Virus record (IMG/VR): IMGVR_UViG_3300042352_001346
Coordinates: 1-64,000 of that record
Length of the DNA: 64,000 nt
DNA from: a virus
Direction: 5' to 3' (one strand)
Below the pieces are notes generated by a model. The model saw nothing but the letters and a program-made list of their open reading frames with translations, was not told the origin of the DNA and made no database searches. This document shows positions 28,059 to 38,274 of this stretch, piece after piece. How positions within the stretch are numbered: position 1 is the first letter of the stretch; the number at the start of each line of letters is the position of its first letter. The position numbers and the translations under genes are program-made.

Positions 28059-28781
28059 ATGAAAAAGAATATTTTTCTTTTACTATTTACTTTAACATTA
28101 CTTTTTATCTCTTGTATTCGTAAAGAAAAAAAAGAAGTAGAAAGTATTGTTGTAGGTGATTCAATACAAAATATAGTTAATAGTAAAAGTAAAGATACTT
28201 TACAAATAAATACTAAGACTATATTAATTAAAACTGATTCTTTTTCTGAAAATAAAGATACTGTAAAAGTAATAGTGAAAGATACTATTATAAAAACTTA
28301 TCGTCCAATTTTTATTGAGAAGAAAAAATTATCTTTAAAAGAAATTTACTCTTCTCAATTAGGTGTTAGAGAAGCAACTGGGAAAAATGATGGTAAAATT
28401 GTTGAAATGTACCTCCATTCAGTTGGTTTAAATAAAGGTAATCCTTGGTGTGCTGCATTTGTTCATTGGAGTTTAGATTCTGCAGGTTATAAAAATAATA
28501 TAACTGGTTGGAGTCCAACAACATTTAATCCAAATAACCTTATTTATTTTAAAAATAAGTTTAAAAAAGAACCTAGAGAAGGTGATGTATTTTCATTGTA
28601 TTTTCCTTCATTAAAAAGAATTGCACATACAGGATTTTTTGATTATAAACAAAATTCATCTATATACTCTACTGTAGAAGGAAATACAAATGATGCTAAT
28701 AGTAGAGAAGGTGATGGTGTTTATAGACGTTATCGTTCTTTTAATTCTACTTATAGTATATCAAGATGGACAGGTAATTAA
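28059..28781 (+). CDS. CHAP-domain endolysin with lipoprotein signal peptide
   Basis: PWCAAFV, HTGF, VEGNT; N-terminus MKKNIFLLLFTLTLLFISC. Confidence 0.85.
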   Translation: MKKNIFLLLFTLTLLFISCIRKEKKEVESIVVGDSIQNIVNSKSKDTLQINTKTILIKTDSFSENKDTVKVIVKDTIIKTYRPIFIEKKKLSLKEIYSSQLGVREATGKNDGKIVEMYLHSVGLNKGNPWCAAFVHWSLDSAGYKNNITGWSPTTFNPNNLIYFKNKFKKEPREGDVFSLYFPSLKRIAHTGFFDYKQNSSIYSTVEGNTNDANSREGDGVYRRYRSFNSTYSISRWTGN

Positions 28782-28806
28782 ATCTTAAATATAAATATTA
28801 GTTTTT

Positions 28807-29445
28807 ATGAAAATTGTAAATGTTATTGAATTTGTAAAAAAGAATTTTCTTCAAAGTTTAATTTTATTTATTGCTTGTTTTTTACTTTTTAGAGAATGCA
28901 CTAGACCAAATAATACACCTTTTCCACAACCAACTATAGTGGTAAAAATTGATTCTAGTTGGATAAATAAAAAAGCAGATAATATTACAATTAATCCTGT
29001 AATACAACAAACTATACCTTACAAATTAACAGGTAAAGATACTCAATATATACCAAGTCCAAATTATGATATTTTAAAAAAACAATATGAGGATTTAAGA
29101 GATTCTTTATTATCTATTAATATTTATAAAGATAGTTTAAAAATTGATAGTTTAGGCTATGTTATTTTAAATGAATCTGTTTTTAAAAATAAATTATTAG
29201 AAAGAAAATATTCTTATAATTTAAAATATCCAAGAATTAAAGAAACAATAACAATTACACAACCTTATTTACCTAAAACTCAAATTTATATTGGTGGTGA
29301 ATTATATGGTAATCAATTATCATTAATTAAAGGTGTAGGTATAAATTTATCTTTAAAAAGTAAAAAAGATAAAATTTATGAAATTGGTACTATGTATTTA
29401 GGTAATGAATTAATTTATAAAGGTGGTTATAAAATTAAATTATAA
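28807..29445 (+). CDS. Putative spanin-like lysis protein
   Basis: N-terminal TM segment, DT/DS-rich stalk, short coiled coil and C-terminal amphipathic beta strands; follows the lysin. Confidence 0.5.
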   Translation: MKIVNVIEFVKKNFLQSLILFIACFLLFRECTRPNNTPFPQPTIVVKIDSSWINKKADNITINPVIQQTIPYKLTGKDTQYIPSPNYDILKKQYEDLRDSLLSINIYKDSLKIDSLGYVILNESVFKNKLLERKYSYNLKYPRIKETITITQPYLPKTQIYIGGELYGNQLSLIKGVGINLSLKSKKDKIYEIGTMYLGNELIYKGGYKIKL

Positions 29446-29450
29446 AAAAA

Positions 29451-31997
29451 TTGTCTGCTATAATTTTTAATAAAGTTTTTAAACCTGGTGAAAGTCATAC
29501 ATTTGACTATTATCCTCAATTACAAGTCCTATCTATAATAGGATTTACTGATGTTGTATTACATAGTAATATTGATTGTTATTTTTATAAATCATTCAAA
29601 TATTCATTAGATGGTGTTAATTTTACAGATGTACCTTTAGAATTAACTGATATTAATTTACAAAATATTCCATTTCAATTAAAATCTATTTTAGTATTAA
29701 GAATAACTTATGAGAGGAGAGGAATAGATAATTCATCTTTATTAACTTTAAGTAGTTTTGTATTAGATAATACAGTTGAATTATTAGATAATGGATTTTA
29801 TTTCACTAATTCATTATTTAGTACATTTTTTAATCAAAATGATGAAAAAGTATTATCTTGGGCAGTAAATGTATTACAAAAATTATATGCTCCTGGTATT
29901 GTTCCTGAATATATTGAAAGAGGAAAAGAAAAAAATGAAAATGGTGAAGATGAAGATTATATAGCTTATTGGTTTTCAATTACTCATTTCTTTGCTTTAT
30001 TTGTTATTTATTCTAGAATATTTAAAGATATAAAATTATATTTCTCTACTTTAAAAGAGTATTTGTTAGAAAAAGGAATTTTATTAAATGAAGATTCTTC
30101 ATTAGAACAATTACAAGAACTAATGAAAAATTTTTATAATGAAATTTCTCGTAGAGGTACTAATTTAATGCTTTTTAAAAAACCTTATGCAGAAGATGGA
30201 GTTCATGGAGAAATATTAAGATTAATTTCATTTAAGTATGGTGATGAATTTATATTTAGTTTAACTCCAAAACATAGAATTGGTTGGAATTTAGGAAAAT
30301 CAAGTCCTATTTATAAAGGAGTATCTGATGCAAATAATGTTATTAAAGGATATGAATTAGATTCAACAAAAGATTTAATTCCTCAATATCCAATACCTAT
30401 AGATAGTAATATAATAGAAGAATTAGATGGTGATAATAAAGTATTAAATTTATCTAGTGGTGATGTAATTGGAAATATTAATATATTAGATATTGATAAT
30501 CCTTATTTATTAACTTATGATTCTAATTTAGATTATTCTATTGAATTTTATTATAGACCTAAAGATACTTCCAATGATTTAAATATCAAATTAAAATTTT
30601 TTGATAGTGATTTAATACCTTTTTCTAATGCAACTAGAAAAACTAAAAAAGCAGTATTAATTACTACTGATTCATTTGCACATTCTCCTATTGTATTATC
30701 AAGAACAGATATTTATTATAAAATAAAATGTATTATTTATAATAAAAGTGAATTAAATTTTAAAGAAAAATTAAATGTTAGTTCTGGAAATAATTTAAAA
30801 ATTAATGATATTAATCCTAAATACTTTATTCCTCTTATATCAGGTAATGGATATTTATATGGATTAAAAATAAAACCTTTAAGGTCAAATTATAGTTTAG
30901 GATTTATTCATTCAAATCATTTAATTCAATGTTGGATAAAAAATAATTCAAAACAATTATCTAAAAATAATATTAAAATTATTTTAGAAGATTTATTTAG
31001 ACCATATAATTCTTGGATAAAAGTTAATTTAATTGGTGATAATTTTTATCAAGAAGAACCATTTAAAAATTATTGGGTAGCAGGTGAACAAGAATGTGAA
31101 ATAGTAGATGTTTTTTGGATTGGGGATGAAAGTACTACTAAATGTGAATTATCTGGAGAAAATAATACAGGTATTAAAATATATACATTACTTAGTCAAG
31201 TTTATTATTTGGATGGTGTATTGTATTATACTGGAGTTACTAAAGATAATGATTATTTAGATAGTGATTATGTACCTCCTATTGAAGATTTAACTGTATG
31301 TCCATTAAGAAGAAGTACTTTATGGATACCTGATGAAAGTACAGCTATTTGTATTGAAGATGATACTCCACCACCACCAGAAGAATATAATCCTATATTA
31401 ACATCTGTAACTTACTCTGATTTAGATGATAGTTTTACAGCTGTTTTTAATTTAAATACTCCCCCTCTTTCACCTGTATCTGTAATTTTACAATATAGTT
31501 ATGATGAAATTACTTGGATTTCTGATAATGGTAGTGTAATATCTCCTAAAGTAATTTTTATTTCTGGAGCAACTTTTCCAATTTATTTTAGAATAATAGT
31601 TGTATTTGCAGGAGGTGTTTATTCTAATGAATCAAATACTATTGAAGTAAATTATACAGAAATTGCAGGTACTATAAGATTAGAAAATAATTTAAATTTA
31701 TCTACATTAAGTATAAATAGATTTTTTAAATCAGGAATAAATATTTATACTGGACCTGCTATTAATAATGGTGAATTTAAAGATATTCCTATACCAAATA
31801 TAAATTCTAATTCTTTATATGGTATAAGAATAGTTGGTAATACTTTACCAGTTGCTCCATTATGTGCTATAAATTTAATTAGAGCATCATCTATTATAAA
31901 AACTACATATATAGATGGTTCAAATGGAGATAAATTTTTTGATTCAAATGTAGTTTTAAATGATGGTGATATAATTTCAATTGATTACGATTTATAA
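29451..31997 (+). CDS. Large baseplate wedge / tail protein with Cys-Trp repeats
   Basis: RRGT motif of gpI-like wedge proteins; W..DES...C repeats; Ig-like C-terminal region. Confidence 0.6.
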   Translation: MSAIIFNKVFKPGESHTFDYYPQLQVLSIIGFTDVVLHSNIDCYFYKSFKYSLDGVNFTDVPLELTDINLQNIPFQLKSILVLRITYERRGIDNSSLLTLSSFVLDNTVELLDNGFYFTNSLFSTFFNQNDEKVLSWAVNVLQKLYAPGIVPEYIERGKEKNENGEDEDYIAYWFSITHFFALFVIYSRIFKDIKLYFSTLKEYLLEKGILLNEDSSLEQLQELMKNFYNEISRRGTNLMLFKKPYAEDGVHGEILRLISFKYGDEFIFSLTPKHRIGWNLGKSSPIYKGVSDANNVIKGYELDSTKDLIPQYPIPIDSNIIEELDGDNKVLNLSSGDVIGNINILDIDNPYLLTYDSNLDYSIEFYYRPKDTSNDLNIKLKFFDSDLIPFSNATRKTKKAVLITTDSFAHSPIVLSRTDIYYKIKCIIYNKSELNFKEKLNVSSGNNLKINDINPKYFIPLISGNGYLYGLKIKPLRSNYSLGFIHSNHLIQCWIKNNSKQLSKNNIKIILEDLFRPYNSWIKVNLIGDNFYQEEPFKNYWVAGEQECEIVDVFWIGDESTTKCELSGENNTGIKIYTLLSQVYYLDGVLYYTGVTKDNDYLDSDYVPPIEDLTVCPLRRSTLWIPDESTAICIEDDTPPPPEEYNPILTSVTYSDLDDSFTAVFNLNTPPLSPVSVILQYSYDEITWISDNGSVISPKVIFISGATFPIYFRIIVVFAGGVYSNESNTIEVNYTEIAGTIRLENNLNLSTLSINRFFKSGINIYTGPAINNGEFKDIPIPNINSNSLYGIRIVGNTLPVAPLCAINLIRASSIIKTTYIDGSNGDKFFDSNVVLNDGDIISIDYDL

Positions 31998-32004
31998 AAA
32001 ATTT

Positions 32005-32214
32005 ATGCCAACTAGAATACAAACAGGTATATTAAAAGTAACAACTTTAATAGAAATTAGTGGAAAAACTGGTTTACCTACTGGAGTAGAAAAACCAAAT
32101 ATTCCTTCTGACCCTGATTTTATACCTCCTACTGTAGATGCTATATCTTGTCCAGTAGGTACAATTGATATAGGAGATTTTAATGAAGATTTTAATGAAG
32201 ATTATGATATTTAA
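32005..32214 (+). CDS. Small structural protein (TG..KPN.PSDPD..CP module plus DFNEDFNEDY tail)
   Basis: In-frame ATG at 32005; module shared with both neighbours. Confidence 0.65.
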   Translation: MPTRIQTGILKVTTLIEISGKTGLPTGVEKPNIPSDPDFIPPTVDAISCPVGTIDIGDFNEDFNEDYDI

Positions 32215-32222
32215 ATAAAAAT

Positions 32223-33107
32223 ATGTCTAATACAGGTTATAAAAAATATTTGAATTTAATTGAAGTATATGTTGATAATAATCAACCTACTGGAAATGTT
32301 AAACCTAACATACCTTCTGACCCAGATTATGTAGCACCTGTTACAGATTTAACGTTATGTCCATTAACTACAACAACTACTACAACAACTACTACAACAA
32401 CTACTACAATTAATCCTTTAAATACTTGTGGTGGTCCATCTAAAACAAATTCAGTATTAAATGGTGCTCCATTAGTTGAAGAATATTATTTAGGTGATGT
32501 AGCAGGTATTGCTTATATTCAATATAATATAATAGGATTATATGGATTAGAAGAAAAAGTAAAATTAGAAGTTAAATATAATGGAATTACTATTGCAACA
32601 AAAGATAATTTAATTTTAGGAGATAATGGTAATTTATATTTTAATTATAATCCAATAGTATTTGGATTATATAAAATTGAATTAGTATATACTGTATATT
32701 TAATTGATGTAACAACAACTACTACAACAACTACAACTGAAATATTAAATAAATTTGATTTTAATATTTTAATTGGTATGATGGACGTTAGTGGTCCTTT
32801 TGATGGATGGTTAGGTTCATTTAGTATTGTTGATGAAGTTACTTCTACAGTATTAAAAACTTTTAATTTTGTTACTTTACAAAAAGTAGATATAAGTTTA
32901 AATACTTCTGATATAAATTTTATTACAGGTAGAGATTACTCTATAAATTGGAATTTTGAAGTTAGAGATAATGGTACTTCTGTAGATTGTAGTGGTAGAT
33001 TGTTTTTAAATTCAATTTTAACTCCAATACCTATTAGTAATTCAGGAAGTCAAACTTTTACATTTATAGCAGGTTTAAATTCAGCTGATTTATTTATTGA
33101 TTCTTAA
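32223..33107 (+). CDS. Structural protein with two poly-Thr linkers
   Basis: N-terminal shared module, then T14 and T9 tracts separating beta-rich domains. Confidence 0.7.
   Translation: MSNTGYKKYLNLIEVYVDNNQPTGNVKPNIPSDPDYVAPVTDLTLCPLTTTTTTTTTTTTTTINPLNTCGGPSKTNSVLNGAPLVEEYYLGDVAGIAYIQYNIIGLYGLEEKVKLEVKYNGITIATKDNLILGDNGNLYFNYNPIVFGLYKIELVYTVYLIDVTTTTTTTTTEILNKFDFNILIGMMDVSGPFDGWLGSFSIVDEVTSTVLKTFNFVTLQKVDISLNTSDINFITGRDYSINWNFEVRDNGTSVDCSGRLFLNSILTPIPISNSGSQTFTFIAGLNSADLFIDS
32367..32408 (+). repeat. ACW trinucleotide repeat encoding Thr14
   Basis: (ACTACAACAACT)x3 + ACTACA; a second tract, Thr9, at 32712-32738. Confidence 0.95.
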
Positions 33108-33115
33108 TTTTATAT

Positions 33116-33496
33116 ATGGCAGATATAACAACAAAAGTATTTTGTCCTAAACCAGGAGTTAATTTTCAATTTGAAAGAGAATTATTTAGTGAAACTATAT
33201 CTTTTAATGTACAATTATCAGAATCTTTTACAGATATTAATTATATTAATGAAATAAATATTGATGAAGATTCTAAATCTTTTAATAAAAATTATTTGGG
33301 AAGTGACAACCCTAGTGTTTTAACTATAATTAAAGAAAGTGGAACATTTATAAATGCAACTATAAGAGTTATAGTTAATGGAATAATAATTAGAGATGAT
33401 GTAGATATTACAATAGAAATGAATGAAGGTATTTATATTGTAAAAGGAATTGATGCTAAATCTGAAATATCTGTAAAAATATTTAATGGTTTGTAA
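33116..33496 (+). CDS. Hypothetical beta-rich protein
   Basis: 126 aa in the tail module. Confidence 0.55.
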   Translation: MADITTKVFCPKPGVNFQFERELFSETISFNVQLSESFTDINYINEINIDEDSKSFNKNYLGSDNPSVLTIIKESGTFINATIRVIVNGIIIRDDVDITIEMNEGIYIVKGIDAKSEISVKIFNGL

Positions 33497-34467
33497 TGAA
33501 TGATAATGATTTATTTTATATATCTGCTCAACCAGATGAATTTTATTTTTATTGGCAATTAGATATACAAATATTTAATTTTTTAAGAATAGGTGTATCT
33601 TGTGATAATATACATATTTTAATAGGTTATAAAGATAAAATTAGTATAGATGGTCATAATTTTAAAAATAAATATTATAATAAAGTAAATATTTATTTTT
33701 ATGAAGATGAAAGAAAATATAAACCTAGTTATATACCATCTATAAGACCTTATTTATTACAAAAACATTTTAAATTAAATAAATATTTAGAAAATAAAAT
33801 AATATTTTATCATGATTGTGATATTATTTTAAAGAAAAAATTAGATATTAATAAATATTTAAATGATGATATTTGTTACCTTAGTGATACTAGAAGTTAT
33901 TTAAAAGTTAGTTATATTCAAGAAAAAGGTTTTGGTTTGTTAGAAAATATGTGTAAAATAGTTGGTGTAGGTACTGAACAAGTTAAAAATATTGATAATA
34001 ATTGTGGAGGTGCTCAATATTTATTAAAAAATATAAGTAGTAAATTTTGGGGTAAAGTAGAAAGAAATTCTAATCAATTATATACATATTTAGAAAATTC
34101 TAAAGAATTATATGGTAAATCATATAAAGGTTTTTATAATCCAATTCAAAGTTGGTGTTCTGATATGTGGGCTTTATTATGGAATTTAATTATATTAAAT
34201 AAAGAAGTAAAAATTATTAGTGAATTGAATTTTGTACATGCAACAGATAATATAGAACAATGGAAATATGCAGATATATTTCATAATGCAGGAGTTACAA
34301 ATAAAGATAAAAAATTTTTATTTAATAAAAATGATTATAGAAATTCATTACCTAAAAGTAAAGAAATTATTGTAGATAATAATTTTTGTTCATCTATTTA
34401 TGTTAATGAAATTAAAAATTTTGAAAATTCTGAGATTTTTTTTAACTTTACTAAAAGAGAATTATGA
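33496..34467 (+). CDS. GT-A glycosyltransferase, HPAT/SERGT (GT95/GT96)-like
   Basis: YFYWQ, YIPSIRP, HDCDII (DxD), GGAQY, WCSDMW, HNAG. Confidence 0.7.
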   Translation: MNDNDLFYISAQPDEFYFYWQLDIQIFNFLRIGVSCDNIHILIGYKDKISIDGHNFKNKYYNKVNIYFYEDERKYKPSYIPSIRPYLLQKHFKLNKYLENKIIFYHDCDIILKKKLDINKYLNDDICYLSDTRSYLKVSYIQEKGFGLLENMCKIVGVGTEQVKNIDNNCGGAQYLLKNISSKFWGKVERNSNQLYTYLENSKELYGKSYKGFYNPIQSWCSDMWALLWNLIILNKEVKIISELNFVHATDNIEQWKYADIFHNAGVTNKDKKFLFNKNDYRNSLPKSKEIIVDNNFCSSIYVNEIKNFENSEIFFNFTKREL

Positions 34468-36779
34468 TTAACATATCTCCAAATATATTTTTAGAAGTAC
34501 AAGAATTATCTAAATTAATATCTTTTCTTACAGTAGATAAAGGAAGTGCTTTATCAATTATTAAAGATGTAACTTATTCACCTGGTATTATACGTTTAAA
34601 ATCAGATACTTCTTTATCTAATTTTAAAATTGAAGCAGGTACTAATCAAAGAACTATAAAAATTTTAGATTCTTATGCTTTTGATAGTAATTTAAATTTA
34701 ATTTATAAAAAAGCAGAAGATAATATATCAATTCCTAATGATGGAAATTGGTACTGGTTGAAAATAGGTCATTTAAAAACTCATAAAGAAATAGGTGTAG
34801 TATCTATTGATGAACAAGGTAATTTAACTGGTGTTGATACTGCCTTTTTAGATGTATTAAGAGGTGGAGAATTTCCTGTTAAAGTTAAATTTTATAATAC
34901 TTATCATAATTATGAAGATTATGAAGTATTAGAAGTTACAGATGATAATCATGCTATAATAACTGGTGACTTTATTGCAGAAACTAATTTAAATTATTCA
35001 GTTGTAGGTCAATTTACTGATGGTGTAGTTATAAATGATAATTTAAAAGAAATATATAGTTATGATAGTTGTTATAATTTTCAAATTGGTCAAGGGTTAG
35101 TACTTGAAACATCTATAAATCAAGAACCTAATAAATTATCAACTGAATTTTATATAGCTAGAGTTAGAGTTAATGGAAACTCAGTATTAATTGAAGATAA
35201 ACGTACAGAATTTTGGCAATTAAAATCTGATTATGATTTATCATTTTTAAATCGTAATTTTACAAATAATTTAATTGGTGTAGAACAAATAACTTGGGAT
35301 TTAGTTACAGCCCCTAAAAATGAAAATATTATAAGAATTGGTTGGGGATTTAGAACTTCAAATTGGACAATAGATTCTTCATTAAGAAAAATGTCATTTT
35401 CAGGTGGTATTGGTGGTAAATTTAAAAGTACTTTAGATTTTTCAGATGGTGATTTTACAGGTTATAGATTATATGCTGTAGATGGTTCTTATGTAAAAAT
35501 AATAGATAGTTTTAAATCAGGTTCTCAAATTAATGTTATAACAGATGTATTAAATCCAATTAATTATACATCTGGAGATATGTTAATAATTGTTCCTGAT
35601 ATTGAAGAAATTGGTATTAAAGTAAATTCATTTTCAGATTCTAATCAAGCAATATTTAATCAAATAGATTTAATTAAATATTTTCCAGTAAGAGAAGGTT
35701 ATGTTGATTTACCTGTTAAACACCCATTGAAAGAAATTAATTCTGTATATAAAGTAAAAATAACTTATTCTTATAAGGTATTTAAAAATCATACTAATTG
35801 GATTAATTTATCTGATGATAATACTAATGGATTTTATGCTGAAAATTCTTTTGATGATAAAGGTACTTTAAAACCTGACCCAGTTAATAGATTTAAAAAA
35901 ACATATACTAATAGTTTAATTGAATTATTAGTAAATCCATCTAATTATGGTTTATTCTCATATACAATTGATAAAGGTGATTTACTTGATGTAAAAAATA
36001 CTAATATTGCAACAGTTTCATCTAATAAAATAGATTTAGTTGTTGGAGTAGATAAACAATATCAACGTTTTTTTGGTAATATGGATTTATCTGATGATTT
36101 AGTTATAAATTTAACTAAAGGAAAAAGAGAAGGCAATAAATTTACTATTCAAATAGATTTAAGTTCATTTAATCCAACTAGTAATTATAAAATTTCTATT
36201 ATTGATGATTATCAAAGTACAGTTTCATTTACTTTATTAAAAACTATTAGTAATGGAGATTTATTTACTATGTTAAATATTGATAAAGGTGGTTTAAGAT
36301 TTGATTGTATTTATGATGGTTCAAATTGGTTATTAACTCAAAATTATTGTATTGATAAACATTTTGAATTTGTTGACTTTGAAGGTGATTTAAATACTTT
36401 ATTTGATAATAATGGTTTAGGAAAAGTAAAAGGATGGTTTGGCTATGCTTTATGTAATAAAGCATATACTATATATGGTATATCTGTACCTAATTTAAGT
36501 GGTAAATTTAAATTAAGTCAAGGAATTAATGGTTTAGATACTTATGTATTAGGTACATCAGGTGGTAAAAAAGACCATACTTTAATTGTTGATGAATTAC
36601 CACCTCATGGTCATACTGTACCAACTGGATTAGCAGGACAATCTTATTCTGCTGGTTCAGGTAGTTCTAGAAATTCAATTGATTCTGGAAATCCAGCTAC
36701 TAGTCTTACTGGAGGTGGATTACCACACAATAATATGCCACCTTATTATGTTATAGGAACAGCTAAAAAATTATTTTAA
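34464..36779 (+). CDS. Baseplate/tail fibre protein with C-terminal collar-type domain
   Basis: ALCN...PNLSGKF...GGKKDHTL.VDELPPHGH...PHNNMPPYY. Confidence 0.72.
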   Translation: MINISPNIFLEVQELSKLISFLTVDKGSALSIIKDVTYSPGIIRLKSDTSLSNFKIEAGTNQRTIKILDSYAFDSNLNLIYKKAEDNISIPNDGNWYWLKIGHLKTHKEIGVVSIDEQGNLTGVDTAFLDVLRGGEFPVKVKFYNTYHNYEDYEVLEVTDDNHAIITGDFIAETNLNYSVVGQFTDGVVINDNLKEIYSYDSCYNFQIGQGLVLETSINQEPNKLSTEFYIARVRVNGNSVLIEDKRTEFWQLKSDYDLSFLNRNFTNNLIGVEQITWDLVTAPKNENIIRIGWGFRTSNWTIDSSLRKMSFSGGIGGKFKSTLDFSDGDFTGYRLYAVDGSYVKIIDSFKSGSQINVITDVLNPINYTSGDMLIIVPDIEEIGIKVNSFSDSNQAIFNQIDLIKYFPVREGYVDLPVKHPLKEINSVYKVKITYSYKVFKNHTNWINLSDDNTNGFYAENSFDDKGTLKPDPVNRFKKTYTNSLIELLVNPSNYGLFSYTIDKGDLLDVKNTNIATVSSNKIDLVVGVDKQYQRFFGNMDLSDDLVINLTKGKREGNKFTIQIDLSSFNPTSNYKISIIDDYQSTVSFTLLKTISNGDLFTMLNIDKGGLRFDCIYDGSNWLLTQNYCIDKHFEFVDFEGDLNTLFDNNGLGKVKGWFGYALCNKAYTIYGISVPNLSGKFKLSQGINGLDTYVLGTSGGKKDHTLIVDELPPHGHTVPTGLAGQSYSAGSGSSRNSIDSGNPATSLTGGGLPHNNMPPYYVIGTAKKLF

Positions 36780-37343
36780 ATGTTAAAATTTTATTATACA
36801 GGTGGTTCTTCTAATTATTTAGCTTCTAAATCTCTTGGAGGTGTTATGAGTCCCACTGTAATACCAAATTCAAGTTTAGGTAATTTATTTGAATCATTTT
36901 CAGTTAATAATATTAAAAATTTAAAATTAAAACCTATATTAGGTTTTATTCTTAAAAATGAAGATAATGAAAAAACATTATCTAATTTAAAACTTTGGTT
37001 TGAATATGATGAAAATATACAAAAAAGATTTTCAAAATATAAAATAGGTTTTGTATCACCATCAATTAATGGGAATGTTGTAAGTATGGAGATTATACAA
37101 CCATACTCTACTCCTTATTATGTTAGTGATTTTTATGAATCAGATGGTGAAGATAATGCTCTTTCTCTTCCAAATATTGAACCTTCTGGAGTATTAGGGA
37201 TATGGTTACAAAAAGAATTTATTAAATCTAATATAGATGATTATTATAGTAATCAAAATATTTATGATAGATTTACAAATAAAACAGAAGATTATCTTGA
37301 AGAATTAGTTAATATGAAATTAACTTGGGATGAATCTGTTTAG
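36780..37343 (+). CDS. Tail-associated hypothetical protein
   Basis: SLGG..S...NLF and GIWL motifs; last gene of the structural block. Confidence 0.5.
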   Translation: MLKFYYTGGSSNYLASKSLGGVMSPTVIPNSSLGNLFESFSVNNIKNLKLKPILGFILKNEDNEKTLSNLKLWFEYDENIQKRFSKYKIGFVSPSINGNVVSMEIIQPYSTPYYVSDFYESDGEDNALSLPNIEPSGVLGIWLQKEFIKSNIDDYYSNQNIYDRFTNKTEDYLEELVNMKLTWDESV

Positions 37344-37360
37344 TATATATTAAAAAAAGA

Positions 37361-37392
37361 TTTGGTAATTGTAAAATTCTTTAATATCTTTG
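37361..37392 (+). promoter_or_regulatory. Bacteroidota-type promoter
   Basis: TTTG-N20-TATCTTTG. Confidence 0.75.
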
Positions 37393-37399
37393 TAAAGAT

Positions 37400-37984
37400 A
37401 TGAATGTTGTAGAAAAAATTAAAAAAACGTATGAGTTTTTTAGTAGAATTGTAATATCTGATGAAAGCTTTAAATTTAAACAAGATTATACAGAATATTT
37501 GACTTTGGAGTCATTTGTTAAGAGAATTAATAAAGATTATTCTTCTTATGGTAATACATTTTTATTTAATTATTTTTGTTTTCAATTTTCTTACTGGAAT
37601 AGTAAAAATTTTACTAAATCCAAATTACCTAAATTACCCAATCTTACATGGATTATTGGTAAAAAAGCTTATGATAGATGGAATAATAAAAATGAAAATT
37701 GGAAATTTTTTATTGATAGAGATTTTTTAAGTAAAAATAAAAAAATTACAAGAAATAGATTAATTATTGCTTTATTAGAAGATAAAGTTGAAATAAATGT
37801 TGAAGTAATTAATATTTTAGAAAATCAAAATAAGAAAAAATATTATAATACTCCAATGGGATTAGCTTATTGTTTGGAAACTACAACATTATTTAATGAA
37901 AAAAGTAATTTGTGTTTAGAATGTAATAGTAAAAATGCTTGTAAAGCATTATTAGATAATTTAACTAATAAAAATGTATGTTAA
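37400..37984 (+). CDS. Hypothetical protein with C-terminal Cys cluster
   Basis: C...CLEC....C near the C-terminus. Confidence 0.6.
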   Translation: MNVVEKIKKTYEFFSRIVISDESFKFKQDYTEYLTLESFVKRINKDYSSYGNTFLFNYFCFQFSYWNSKNFTKSKLPKLPNLTWIIGKKAYDRWNNKNENWKFFIDRDFLSKNKKITRNRLIIALLEDKVEINVEVINILENQNKKKYYNTPMGLAYCLETTTLFNEKSNLCLECNSKNACKALLDNLTNKNVC

Positions 37985-38274
37985 ATATTTATTATAAAGC
38001 CTATCAAGTTGAAAGTATTTATGATGGAAAAGGTCAATTTATAACTAGATTAGGTGAACCTATTTTAGATGAAGAGTTTAAATATAAAGAAGATTTATAT
38101 TTAAAATTAGATAAACATTTTAAAAGTTTAGATATTGAAGAGAAATTTGAAATAGCTATTATTGAACTTGTAAATTATAAAAATGATGTCAGTAAACAAG
38201 GAACCTTGCAAGGGCAAGGAGGGAATGTGCAACAATACTCTAATAGTCAACAAGAGATACCATTTGTGTCCTAA
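37978..38274 (+). CDS. Hypothetical protein
   Basis: 98-aa ORF overlapping its neighbours. Confidence 0.45.
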   Translation: MLNIYYKAYQVESIYDGKGQFITRLGEPILDEEFKYKEDLYLKLDKHFKSLDIEEKFEIAIIELVNYKNDVSKQGTLQGQGGNVQQYSNSQQEIPFVS

